The position numbers were made by a program, and so were the translations under genes. Positions 10,436 through 20,591 of a stretch of DNA of 64,000 nt are shown here, one piece after another. The DNA is taken from positions 9,014-73,013 of the forward strand of contig JAGBAW010000026.1 in NCBI GenBank assembly GCA_017938725.1, read 5' to 3'. This DNA comes from Bacilli bacterium (GTDB lineage Bacteria > Bacillota_I > Bacilli_A > RF39 > UBA660). The notes beneath the pieces are model-generated. The model was not told the DNA's origin, did no database searches, and was given only the letters and a program-made list of their open reading frames with translations. How positions within the stretch are numbered: the stretch's first letter is position 1; every line of letters starts with the position of its first letter.

Positions 10436-10699
10436 ATGAAAAAGTATAAGGATAATCTCTATTTGGGTTATAAAAAAATTGATGATATTAAATTTAAGGG
10501 AAAAATAGCAAGAATATATAATGGTTATTATTATAGTATGTTTCTTAAATTTAATGATAAAGCTTTTTTTGATTTAGAAGATAATAGTATTTATCTGAAA
10601 GAACAAATAAAAATTATTAGTAAACTTAAAACGAAAGACAAAGAAATTAGTGAAAGGGGCTTATCAAGAAGATTAGTTTACAAATTAAAAACTCTATGA
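10436..10699 (+). CDS. Hypothetical small protein
   Basis: ORF of 87 aa with a ribosome-binding site. Confidence 0.3.
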   Translation: MKKYKDNLYLGYKKIDDIKFKGKIARIYNGYYYSMFLKFNDKAFFDLEDNSIYLKEQIKIISKLKTKDKEISERGLSRRLVYKLKTL

Positions 10700-10881
10700 T
10701 GATACTTAAATTTATATAAGACAACTATATGTCTTTTTTATATATAAGGAAAGTTCGCCAAAAAAGCGAAAAAATAACACTAGAAATAATCTAGTGCCAT
10801 AGTGTTGAACTTTGTCAACATTCTAAACCCTAGTAATTTTACTAGGGTTTATTATAATATTAAAAACTATATAATAAATAA

Positions 10882-11199
10882 TTATTGTTGTAATTGATTT
10901 AGTGATGTCGATAGCTTGTTATATTCCTCACTAATTTTATTTTGTTCTGCTTTTTCTAAACAGTACCATCCATTTTTAAATGCAAGTTCAAATAAATTTC
11001 TTTGAGACTTTTTAATTTCTAAAAACATTTCGTATATTTTACCAAACAAAACCTCATTACTAGCCTCATTAAGAGCAATTGTCATATTTACACTCATATT
11101 TTTTTCTGTTTCAAGCATATCATTTAGATAATTTTCATCATTCATTTCTATTGTTGCAGGAACTTCAGTTTTAGGATTTTGAACTTTATTATTATTCAT
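10882..11199 (-). CDS. Spore coat protein F-like (Coat_F domain)
   Basis: LNDMLETEKNMSVNMTIALNEASNEVLF...AFKNGWY matches the CotF-family pattern. Confidence 0.65.
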   Translation of the reverse strand: MNNNKVQNPKTEVPATIEMNDENYLNDMLETEKNMSVNMTIALNEASNEVLFGKIYEMFLEIKKSQRNLFELAFKNGWYCLEKAEQNKISEEYNKLSTSLNQLQQ

Positions 11200-11201
11200 A
11201 A

Positions 11202-11411
11202 TTACTTTCCTCCCTCATTTAAAAGATTTAATAGATTTGAAGATATATTTTTATGCATTTCATATATGTTTTCGAGTTCGTTTTTAATCTCTTCACTAGT
11301 TACTTCATTACTATAATGTAGTGCTTTTTTAGCAGCAGTAAAATTCCATTCAAACATATCAGATATATAAGATAAATCTTTTGTTGATATAATGTTGGGA
11401 ACATTGTTCAT
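11202..11411 (-). CDS. Small protein co-transcribed upstream of the CotF-like gene
   Basis: 69 aa, separated from the next gene by 2 nt. Typical two-gene coat cassette. Confidence 0.4.
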   Translation of the reverse strand: MNNVPNIISTKDLSYISDMFEWNFTAAKKALHYSNEVTSEEIKNELENIYEMHKNISSNLLNLLNEGGK

Positions 11412-11496
11412 AATATCATATCCTTTCCAGTAATATTATGAACTTTTATTTTTAAATTATTCATCTATTTGATATAATATAAGTAGGAGATAAATT

Positions 11497-12693
11497 ATGA
11501 AGAAAATTTTAAGATATTTAATATTACTATGTATAAGTTTATTTTGTCTTATAAATGTTAGGGCAGAAGGGATTCAAGATGTTTCATCAAATAATATTAT
11601 TCTTTTAAATCTAAACGATAACAAGGTAATTTATGAAAAAAATGCAGATGAAAGAGTTAATATTGCAAGTTTAACTAAGTTGATGACTATGATTGTTTCA
11701 ATAGAGAATATAAGTGATTTTAATGAAAAAATTTTAATTACTAGTGATATGATAGATAATCTTGCTTATGATTTGTCAAAAGTTGGTTTTAAGAGTGGTG
11801 AAGTTGTAACATATTATGATTTATTATATGGGACGCTTCTAAAATCTGGTGCAGATGCTACTGATATACTAGCTATAAGTATAAGTGAATCTGTAGAAGA
11901 ATTTGTAAAACTAATGAATGAGAAAGCACATGAACTTGGCATGACTAATACAAGTTTTGCCAATACAATTGGAATAGAGCAAGATAATCATTATTCAAGT
12001 GCCAGAGACATTTCGATTCTATTAAAATATGCTTTAAATAATAATATATTTAAAAAAATATTTACCACTGAGCACTACATTTCTACTAATAATAATCATG
12101 ATATGTGTGGACCATTAAAGTACCTAAAGGAATTAGGTATGGATTATGTAAAGGGCGCAAAGACAGGTTATACTGATATAGCAGGACTTTGCTTAGCTAG
12201 CATATCTAATTATAATAATGTAGATTACTTATTAGTAACAATAGGCGCTGATTATAAAAATAGAAAACAACATTTTGAAGATACAAAAACCATATATCAA
12301 TATTATTTTAATAATTATGAATATAAAAAAATATTATCAAAAAATGATGTCTTAATTAAATTAAAAACAATATATGACGATGAATATGAAGTATTAAGTG
12401 ATAAAGATGTGTATGCATATTTAAATAAAAATATTTCATCAAATGATTTAACATATGGATTTGATGGGAAAACACTACTTAACAAAACTATTAAAAAAAA
12501 TAATTATATAGGTAAATATTATATTGAATACAATAACGAGATACTATATAGTAAAAATATAAAATCACCAGTTAGTGTATCAATGAGTTTATCATATTTT
12601 CTTAAACATAATATTTTAATTTTAGGGTTAATATTATTGACATTTATCCTATTTATAATACTTATGAATAAAAAAAGAAATAGCAAGAAATAA
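11497..12693 (+). CDS. D-alanyl-D-alanine carboxypeptidase (S11, PBP5-type) with a C-terminal membrane anchor
   Basis: Signal peptide, an ASLTKLMT SxxK motif and a C-terminal TM segment. Confidence 0.85.
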   Translation: MKKILRYLILLCISLFCLINVRAEGIQDVSSNNIILLNLNDNKVIYEKNADERVNIASLTKLMTMIVSIENISDFNEKILITSDMIDNLAYDLSKVGFKSGEVVTYYDLLYGTLLKSGADATDILAISISESVEEFVKLMNEKAHELGMTNTSFANTIGIEQDNHYSSARDISILLKYALNNNIFKKIFTTEHYISTNNNHDMCGPLKYLKELGMDYVKGAKTGYTDIAGLCLASISNYNNVDYLLVTIGADYKNRKQHFEDTKTIYQYYFNNYEYKKILSKNDVLIKLKTIYDDEYEVLSDKDVYAYLNKNISSNDLTYGFDGKTLLNKTIKKNNYIGKYYIEYNNEILYSKNIKSPVSVSMSLSYFLKHNILILGLILLTFILFIILMNKKRNSKK

Positions 12694-12702
12694 TAATAAT
12701 AG

Positions 12703-13221
12703 GTGAAGAGTATGTATTATTATTTAAACTATTTTTTTATTTTTTCAATACTTGGTCACTTATTAGAAACTATTATATTTACAATATTTGACTGGAATTT
12801 AGAAAGTGGATTTTTATATGGATATTGGACGCCAGTATATGGATTAGGTGCAGTCTTGATATTATTAATATCAAAATTCATATTTAAAAAACTTAATGTA
12901 AACAAATTTTTGGAAATCATTATTTTTTTAATTGTTATAACACTGGTATTAACCTTGATCGAATTTATAGGAGGAAATCTATTAGAGTCTCTATTTAAAA
13001 AGGATTTTTGGAATTATTCAAATCATAAATATCATTATGGTAAATATATTGCGCTTGATATATCCATTATATGGATGATATGTTCTTTAATATTTTTATA
13101 TTTAATAAGACCTTGGATGGATAAAATAATAAATAAAATACCTAAATTTTTTACTAACTTATTTATTGTATTTTTTATTTTAGATTTAATTTTTACAATA
13201 ATTAATAAAGTAAAAATTTAA
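12703..13221 (+). CDS. Integral membrane protein (CmpB/DUF-like)
   Basis: Four or five TM helices; overlaps and follows the carboxypeptidase gene. Confidence 0.4.
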   Translation: MKSMYYYLNYFFIFSILGHLLETIIFTIFDWNLESGFLYGYWTPVYGLGAVLILLISKFIFKKLNVNKFLEIIIFLIVITLVLTLIEFIGGNLLESLFKKDFWNYSNHKYHYGKYIALDISIIWMICSLIFLYLIRPWMDKIINKIPKFFTNLFIVFFILDLIFTIINKVKI

Positions 13222-13501
13222 ATTGTATAAATTCTACTACTTTTCTTTTAAATAAATAAAGCCCTTATGTAAAATAAGGGCTAGATATTTTACCAAAAAA
13301 ATATAATATATGTTGACTAAAAAATAACAAGGTAAAATATCTATAAATATTATACAAGATAAAAATGTTTTTTACTATATTAAAGTTTATAATTTAAAAA
13401 AATAAGTAAAGTAATACGTGTTATTATTGACTAAATTTGTCTAAAAATGTATACTTATATATATAATGGGAAAAATAAAAGAATAGTAGAGGAGTAAAAA
13501 C

Positions 13502-16500
13502 ATGGGTAATAAATTAAAAAAATTAAATAGTTTGCTTTTATTTATGTTCTTAATGTTTCTTTCTACTACAATAGCATATGCAGGATTATCCACGAAACTT
13601 GCGATAACAGCAGAAGCTAAGTTTAGACCAGTAGCAGATATAAGAGTGACAGGTATTAGTTTATCAAGTGTTACTGGTTCCGCAAGGTTACAATATGAAC
13701 CTGAGTATAATGTTAACTCCACAACTACGGGTTTTATACTTCCTGATACTAGTTCAACAATAACATATAAAGTAACTGTTGCTAATAATGGAACTATTGA
13801 TCAAACTATATATAATATGATAACAGCAAGTACAAATAATAATAATGTTTCATATACAATATCAGGTTATAATTTAAAAGATCCTATTCCTTTTAAAAGT
13901 AGTGTAACTTTTTATATAACATTTAAAACAACTTCAGGAAGTAATACTACAATAAATTATAAAATAAACTATGATTTTAGAAAATTATATAAAGTAGAAT
14001 ATGATTCAAATGGTGGAGAAAATGTTCCTGAAAATCAAATGAAATATGAAAATGTTGATTTAACTATTACGAGTGATATACCAACAAAAGAAGGATATAA
14101 ATTTAAAGGATGGAGTGATTCTAAAACAGATGGCACAATAAAATATACACCAGAGAGCAATTACACATTAGATAAGGATATTCTTTTATATGCAGTATGG
14201 GAAATAAATACGTATAAATTAGATTTAAGTTATAATGTAGATGGTACCTGGTATTATGAAGGTTATAATAACAGAATACTTACAGGAATAAAAGTAGATG
14301 GGATAGATAAAGGTTATCTAAATGATTTTGATTTAAATGTCGGATACGGAAAAGAATATGAAATATATGGATTCAAATTAGATGGCGTTAACATACCTTA
14401 TTCAAAAAAATACATAGTAGATGGCACAAATCATTTAAATATATCATTTTATACTATTAATTTTGTTGTTAATAATAACGAGTATGGTGAAGTTGATACT
14501 CAAAATTTAATAGTGTTACCTGGTACAACATTTGAGCCTTTAGCAAGTACATTAACATTATCTGATTCTAGAAAAGTAAAGGCATCATTAAAGAACTTAG
14601 AAGGATATACAACAGAATTTTCAAATTTTACATATAATCCTAATAGTACAACTATAAATTCAAAAACAACAATAACTGCAAATTTTACAAGGAAAATTAA
14701 TCAATATACATTGACTGTTAAACCAAATGGTGGTACATGGGATAATAGCACAAATGACAAGACATTTAAACAAAATTATAATACCACTAGAAAAATCTTA
14801 GTACCAAGCAGTAATGCCTATTATTCAATTAGTTATGATGCAAATGGTGGTACAATATTATCATCAGGTAATATAACGGCGAGTAGAGATTTTACAGGAT
14901 GGTCATTGACTGGTAAGGGAAGTATAACAAAAACTGAACCTCTTTCCTCATCTTTTCAAACATATACTTATGGTGCAAGTGACGATGTATTAACAGCAAA
15001 TTATAATAGTACTGCAAATACTATAACAACAGCAACAGTAAGAAGAAGTCATACAATAACATATAATGCAAATAATACAGGTGCATCGATAGGAAAACTA
15101 AGTGAAAAAATATCAGATGTAATGAATGGTTGGTATACAAAGGCTAGTGGTGGAGAAAAAAGAGCAGAAAATGGAGGAAAATATGCCCCAACAGCAAGTG
15201 AAAAATTATATGCACAGTGGACAAAGGGAACAGTAACACTTCCAACAATAAAAAAGACAGGTTATACATGTTCATTTAATACAAAGGCTGATGGAACAGG
15301 AACAAGTTATGAATCAGGTTCATCAGGTTATTCAATAGACTCTGATACAACTTTATATGGTATTTGTGAAGCAAGTAGTTATAAAATAACTTGGGATAGA
15401 AATTATTTAGATTCAAGTTTATGGACAGATACACATTTAACAAATAGATATAGTTCGTCAGGCACGGCTCCTACAGCTAAAACAACAATAACTGATAATA
15501 CTGTAAAATATGGACAATATATAGAATTTACAATGCCTACAGGAACAAGTAGAGGTCCATATTATCTTAATTCAACTTATTTAACAGCTGGAAGTACATA
15601 CACATGGAGTGTATACGTAAAGGCAAGCTCAGCAAAAACATTGATTATTGGACAAGAACAGGGAGGAACGCAAACTGTAAATGTAACTACGAGTTGGCAA
15701 AAATTAACATATACATTTACGGCAAAAGAATATCAATATAAAGGATTTATATTCTATCTTACATCTGGATCTACATGGAGTGAAGGCGATAAATTATATG
15801 TACATTCATTAGAAATAATGGAAGGAACACCAACCAATACAACATCTACAAAAACATATGGAGCAACATTAGGAACGCTTCCTACACCAGATTCAAGAAT
15901 TGGTTATACATTTAATGGGTGGTTTACATCTGCAACAGGTGGTACTAAAATAAACAGCTCAACAGTTGTAAAAAGTGACTCAACATATTATGCAAAATGG
16001 ACACCTAATACATATGCAATATCGTTAGATAATCAGGACGTAACGACAACAGGTACACAAACAATTTTTGAAAAATACGAAACAGGTATATATTTAGATG
16101 AAAATTTAACACAAGTAATGACTACAAGTACTAATTCAATAAGAAAACCAATAAAAAATGGATATACATTTAAAGGGTATTATACTGGTAAAGATGGTAC
16201 TGGCATTCAAATGATAGATGAAAATGGATATATTACTGGTAATTTAACAAATAATAAATACACATCTAATACAACTTTATATGCATATTGGAAAATTAAT
16301 AAAGTAAATATACAATATGATATGAACGGTGGAAGACTTGGAACTATAAATAATAATGATATATCTACTTCCGGTTCATTGATTACATATCAAGGTACAA
16401 CAATAATACATGCTCTAGATTATGGATCTAAGTTAGGAGAATATGGCCTTTATGATTATAATAATCCAGGATTTATCAACTTGGTTAGAACTGGATATTA

Positions 16501-19294
16501 TATAAATTCAAATTATGTATGGAATAAAAACCCAGATGGTACAGGTAGGTCGTATAATCAGGTTACTCAATATTCTGCAAGTGATTTTTGTGATGCAAGC
16601 TATGGTGATTGTACAATGACTTTATACGCTAATTGGTATCCAAATGCATTAATATTTGATAATCAAACAAAAGATATAACACGTAGTACAAATGCCCAAA
16701 CAATAGAAATAACAGGTGCAAGTAATGGGACAGGAAATTATATATATAGTGAGATATCAGAGAAGAATTCAAGTAATACTGCTACAAATTACATAAGTAT
16801 ATCAGGAACAACAATAACAGTCGCAGCAAATATACCAGCAGATACATATAAATATGTAATAAGAGCAACAGATAGTAATTCAAATGTTACAAAGGATGCA
16901 ACCATTACAATTAAAGTAAATAAGTTAGATAATCCAATTGTTGTAACAGCAACTGATTCAGAATATACTGGTTCTTCACAGCCTCTAGTATCAGTTAAAA
17001 ATGCTCAAGGGAATGTATATTATAGTACTAGTACACAGTTAACAAGTTCAAATTATACAAGTGGTAGTACAACTATTCCAAGTGCTACTAATGGTGGAAC
17101 ATATACAGTTTACTATTATGTTACAGGCAATGATAATTATAATTCTAAATCTGGAAGTGTTGAATCTACAATATCTTATTTAACATATGAAATTAGACTA
17201 GATAATAAGGATGCAACAACACCAGGAACTTCTGTTATATATGGTAGATATGGCGATGGAATATATTTGGATAGTAATTATACAAAACATATGACTTTAA
17301 ATTCAAATCCGATAACAATACCTAAAAGAGAATATAATTTAACCTTAAATTACAATGACGAGTATTCGACAACAAGTGATAACTTAAAAGTAGATTATAC
17401 CTTCCTTGGATATATTAATACTGAAGCATTAGTCACGTACATAGATGGTAATGGATACTTACAAACTATGAATGAGTTTAATGGATTAGATGTTCATAGT
17501 AATGAAGCATTACAAACAGCAACTGTTGAATGGGAATATAATGGAGTAACACTTCCAACAGAAGTAGCAAGATTAGATTATACTTTCCTTGGATGGTATA
17601 CTAATGCGATTGGAGGAACTAAGGTAACTAACTCTACAGAAATTACTGAGGATACTACAATTTATGCTCATTGGATACAAAATCCAGCAATAACTGGTGG
17701 TAGTGATGATTGGACTAATACTTCAAGAACAATATCTGTAGAAGAAAATGGTAGATATGTTACAGATGTCGAAATTACAAAATATCAATATTATAAGTCA
17801 ACAAGTTCTATGTCACTTGTAGGTGGTACTTGGACAGATTGTACTACATCATCTACATCTCAAACATTTACTGATGAGGGAGAATATTATATATTCTTTA
17901 GGTCTGTATCATCACAAGGGTATAGTAATCCATCAAACTCTCAAATTGTAAGAATTGACAAAACAGCGCCAGGAGCTACATCATCAAAAATTAGATACGA
18001 GTCATCAACAGGAAAAGAAGCGCAAAATGATACATGGACAAATAGAACATTATGGTGGGGTGATTTTACCGCAAACGATACATTATCCGGTATAAATCAT
18101 TATGAATATTCAGATGGTTGTACAGGAACTAAGAGCGGAAATTTAGAATCATATACATCTGAAGACGACAAGGTACGTGCATTTTGTATAAGAGCAGTTG
18201 ATAATGCAGGTAACGCTGGAGCTTGGTCAGAACCTTATGTCTTTAAGGTAGATAAAACACCACCAGAAATTGCTCAATCAAAAATTAGATATGATTCATC
18301 AACAGGAGCAGAAAGAACTAATGCCAATACATGGACAAACAAAACGTTATGGTGGGGTGATTTCTTCGCATGGGATAATTATCCTACAGCTGAGAATTAT
18401 GGTGCTGCATCCGGTATAAATCATTATGAATATTCAACTAATTGTACAGGTGAGAAAACCGGTAACCTATCATCAGAATATACATATGATACACAAATTA
18501 ACTGGACTTTCTGTATAAGGGCAGTTGATAATGCAGGTAACGCTGGAGCTTGGTCAGACCCTTATTACTTTAAGATAGATAAAACATCACCAAAAATTCT
18601 TGGTACAATCAAGTATACTACTAAATCATGCTCCTGGTCAGGAAGTTGTACTGTAGCAAATCAAAGTGAGTCTATACTAAATGCAAATACTACTATAAAT
18701 GGATGGAATTCTTTTGATTATGCCGTTGATTGGACAGAAACTATTGATGAAGGTGGTTCAGGTATAAAATCCGTTACATGGTCAATTAATGATGAAGGAG
18801 CTTCCTCATTAACATCGGATACTAAAAAACTTGTTACCGTGGTTAATAAGGGAACAACACCATCTAATTGGACGCAAAACATTTCAACCGCAGGTGCTAG
18901 ATATGCAGAAATCAAGGTTGAGGATAATGCTGGTAATATAAGAAAAGTGTATATTACTACTTATGTCGATAAAGTTAACCCAAAAATAACACTAAAAGCG
19001 TATAAAACTAATACAACGACCCAAGTTAGTTCTGGCACTACATCTGATAAATATCTTTCATTTATTGCTACTACAACTCAGATAGGATTAGGTGGCGGTA
19101 CAATTAAATACTGTGGTTCAAGAACAAGAGGATGCACTCCTAATCTTACTACAACAAGTGGAGCAAGGATTAATAGATGGTATAATGGTGATAATGCTCA
19201 TACTACAGGAACATGGTATGTAAATGCCTGCATAATGGGGAATAATGGAACTATATATTGTGTACCTGAGTTTACAGCAAAGGTAAGCCCTTAG
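13502..19294 (+). CDS. Giant secreted multidomain surface protein with Listeria-Bacteroides (Flg_new) repeats and an MBG-like domain
   Basis: Signal peptide. Repeated GY(T/K)FxGW...GGTK...TLYAxW modules. No LPXTG motif and no C-terminal TM. A TTGACT-N17-TATACT promoter lies at 13428-13456. Confidence 0.8.
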   Translation: MGNKLKKLNSLLLFMFLMFLSTTIAYAGLSTKLAITAEAKFRPVADIRVTGISLSSVTGSARLQYEPEYNVNSTTTGFILPDTSSTITYKVTVANNGTIDQTIYNMITASTNNNNVSYTISGYNLKDPIPFKSSVTFYITFKTTSGSNTTINYKINYDFRKLYKVEYDSNGGENVPENQMKYENVDLTITSDIPTKEGYKFKGWSDSKTDGTIKYTPESNYTLDKDILLYAVWEINTYKLDLSYNVDGTWYYEGYNNRILTGIKVDGIDKGYLNDFDLNVGYGKEYEIYGFKLDGVNIPYSKKYIVDGTNHLNISFYTINFVVNNNEYGEVDTQNLIVLPGTTFEPLASTLTLSDSRKVKASLKNLEGYTTEFSNFTYNPNSTTINSKTTITANFTRKINQYTLTVKPNGGTWDNSTNDKTFKQNYNTTRKILVPSSNAYYSISYDANGGTILSSGNITASRDFTGWSLTGKGSITKTEPLSSSFQTYTYGASDDVLTANYNSTANTITTATVRRSHTITYNANNTGASIGKLSEKISDVMNGWYTKASGGEKRAENGGKYAPTASEKLYAQWTKGTVTLPTIKKTGYTCSFNTKADGTGTSYESGSSGYSIDSDTTLYGICEASSYKITWDRNYLDSSLWTDTHLTNRYSSSGTAPTAKTTITDNTVKYGQYIEFTMPTGTSRGPYYLNSTYLTAGSTYTWSVYVKASSAKTLIIGQEQGGTQTVNVTTSWQKLTYTFTAKEYQYKGFIFYLTSGSTWSEGDKLYVHSLEIMEGTPTNTTSTKTYGATLGTLPTPDSRIGYTFNGWFTSATGGTKINSSTVVKSDSTYYAKWTPNTYAISLDNQDVTTTGTQTIFEKYETGIYLDENLTQVMTTSTNSIRKPIKNGYTFKGYYTGKDGTGIQMIDENGYITGNLTNNKYTSNTTLYAYWKINKVNIQYDMNGGRLGTINNNDISTSGSLITYQGTTIIHALDYGSKLGEYGLYDYNNPGFINLVRTGYYINSNYVWNKNPDGTGRSYNQVTQYSASDFCDASYGDCTMTLYANWYPNALIFDNQTKDITRSTNAQTIEITGASNGTGNYIYSEISEKNSSNTATNYISISGTTITVAANIPADTYKYVIRATDSNSNVTKDATITIKVNKLDNPIVVTATDSEYTGSSQPLVSVKNAQGNVYYSTSTQLTSSNYTSGSTTIPSATNGGTYTVYYYVTGNDNYNSKSGSVESTISYLTYEIRLDNKDATTPGTSVIYGRYGDGIYLDSNYTKHMTLNSNPITIPKREYNLTLNYNDEYSTTSDNLKVDYTFLGYINTEALVTYIDGNGYLQTMNEFNGLDVHSNEALQTATVEWEYNGVTLPTEVARLDYTFLGWYTNAIGGTKVTNSTEITEDTTIYAHWIQNPAITGGSDDWTNTSRTISVEENGRYVTDVEITKYQYYKSTSSMSLVGGTWTDCTTSSTSQTFTDEGEYYIFFRSVSSQGYSNPSNSQIVRIDKTAPGATSSKIRYESSTGKEAQNDTWTNRTLWWGDFTANDTLSGINHYEYSDGCTGTKSGNLESYTSEDDKVRAFCIRAVDNAGNAGAWSEPYVFKVDKTPPEIAQSKIRYDSSTGAERTNANTWTNKTLWWGDFFAWDNYPTAENYGAASGINHYEYSTNCTGEKTGNLSSEYTYDTQINWTFCIRAVDNAGNAGAWSDPYYFKIDKTSPKILGTIKYTTKSCSWSGSCTVANQSESILNANTTINGWNSFDYAVDWTETIDEGGSGIKSVTWSINDEGASSLTSDTKKLVTVVNKGTTPSNWTQNISTAGARYAEIKVEDNAGNIRKVYITTYVDKVNPKITLKAYKTNTTTQVSSGTTSDKYLSFIATTTQIGLGGGTIKYCGSRTRGCTPNLTTTSGARINRWYNGDNAHTTGTWYVNACIMGNNGTIYCVPEFTAKVSP
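17957..18577 (+). repeat. In-frame tandem duplication of about 300 and 330 nt inside the giant gene
   Basis: Two units start with gataaaaca/gacaaaaca. Identical stretches such as agggcagttgataatgcaggtaacgctggagcttggtcaga occur twice. A third unit starts at 18578. Confidence 0.6.
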
Positions 19295-19313
19295 TTTATA
19301 AATAAAAAAATTT

Positions 19314-19345
19314 AACTTATCTCTTTTGAGGTAAGTTATTTTTTG
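19314..19345 (+). terminator. Rho-independent terminator (copy 1 of a duplicated module)
   Basis: Stem aacttatctc / loop tttt / stem gaggtaagtt, followed by a T-run. Confidence 0.55.
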
Positions 19346-19469
19346 TGCAAAAGTTAAATAATTTTATGTTTTAAAAAATAAAATTAATTGTTATATAATA
19401 GGATATATGTTTTTTTACTATAAACAATTTTGAATTTAAGTCATATAAATATTATAGGGAGGAATTAAT

Positions 19470-20390
19470 ATGAGTAATAGTAAACTTGTAAATTATACCG
19501 ATTTAACAACACACTATGGATCAAGAAATGGAACTAAAATTGATAGAATCACGTTACATCATATGGCAGGCAACCTAGCTGTTGAAGCATGTGGTAATGT
19601 ATTTAAGACTAGAGAAGCATCGTCTAATTATGGAATAGATAATGATGAAAGAGTTGGACTATATGTGGACGAGTCAAACAGAGCCTGGTCAACAGCAAAT
19701 CCGTCAAATGATAGAAGGGCAGTTAATATTGAACTTGCAAATGATAGTGGCGCTCCAGATTGGCATGTGTCAGATAAAGTAATTAATAAATGTATTGAAT
19801 TATGTGCTGATATATGTAAGAGAAATGGAATATTAAAGTTAAGTTATGATGGAACAGAAAATGGTAATTTAACTGTGCATAATATGTTTATCTCAACAAC
19901 ATGTCCTGGTCCATACCTTCAAAGTAAACTTTCTTATATTGCTGATGAGGTAAATAAAAAATTAGAAAATTCTGATGATAGGACACCACCTGTGGAAGGG
20001 ATTACAGCAACCATTCAAAATACGCTAAATTCTAGATATGGTTATAATATAGTGGTAGACAATATATATGGCCCTGATACACATAAGCATATGGTAAAAG
20101 CATTACAACATGAATTTAATATTCAACTTGGATCAAAGATAGCGGAAGATGGAATATTTGGTCCAAGAACAAAAAGCTCGTGTCCTGTACTTAGAAGTGG
20201 AATGAAGGGTAATATAACATGGTTAGTACAATCAATGTTAGTAATTAAGGGATATAAATTAGATAAATATGGAATGGATAGTGTATATGGAAATGAGACA
20301 ATTAATGCAATAAAAAAATTTCAAAGTACAGCCAAATTAAGTGTTGATGGATTATGCGGTAAAAATACATTTGAAAAATTATTTAGTTAA
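19470..20390 (+). CDS. N-acetylmuramoyl-L-alanine amidase (PGRP/amidase_2) with two C-terminal peptidoglycan-binding repeats
   Basis: ITLHHMAG amidase_2 start; GIFGPRT and VDGLCGKNT PG_binding_1 repeats. No signal peptide, so endolysin-like. Confidence 0.75.
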   Translation: MSNSKLVNYTDLTTHYGSRNGTKIDRITLHHMAGNLAVEACGNVFKTREASSNYGIDNDERVGLYVDESNRAWSTANPSNDRRAVNIELANDSGAPDWHVSDKVINKCIELCADICKRNGILKLSYDGTENGNLTVHNMFISTTCPGPYLQSKLSYIADEVNKKLENSDDRTPPVEGITATIQNTLNSRYGYNIVVDNIYGPDTHKHMVKALQHEFNIQLGSKIAEDGIFGPRTKSSCPVLRSGMKGNITWLVQSMLVIKGYKLDKYGMDSVYGNETINAIKKFQSTAKLSVDGLCGKNTFEKLFS

Positions 20391-20396
20391 AATAAG

Positions 20397-20427
20397 ACTT
20401 ATCTCTTTTGGGGTAAGTTTTATTTTA
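20397..20427 (+). terminator. Rho-independent terminator (copy 2 of the duplicated module)
   Basis: acttatctc / ttttg / gggtaagtt, then a T-run. Near-identical to 19314-19345. Confidence 0.5.
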
Positions 20428-20591
20428 TCAAAAATATATTAAATTTATATATTCAGGTAAAGAGTTTTGTAAATAATAAAAAATTAATTGTAGAAAATAT
20501 ATAATTAGTATAAAATGAAATGCAAAAATAAAATATTATTGATTTGGCAATAAAAAAATAAAGTGATATCCTTAGAAAAAAGGAGGATATA

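Noticed and set aside
13441-13722. A 93-aa minus-strand ORF overlapping the promoter and start of the giant surface gene
   Set aside because: It overlaps a strongly supported gene start and promoter. No ribosome-binding site. Likely spurious.
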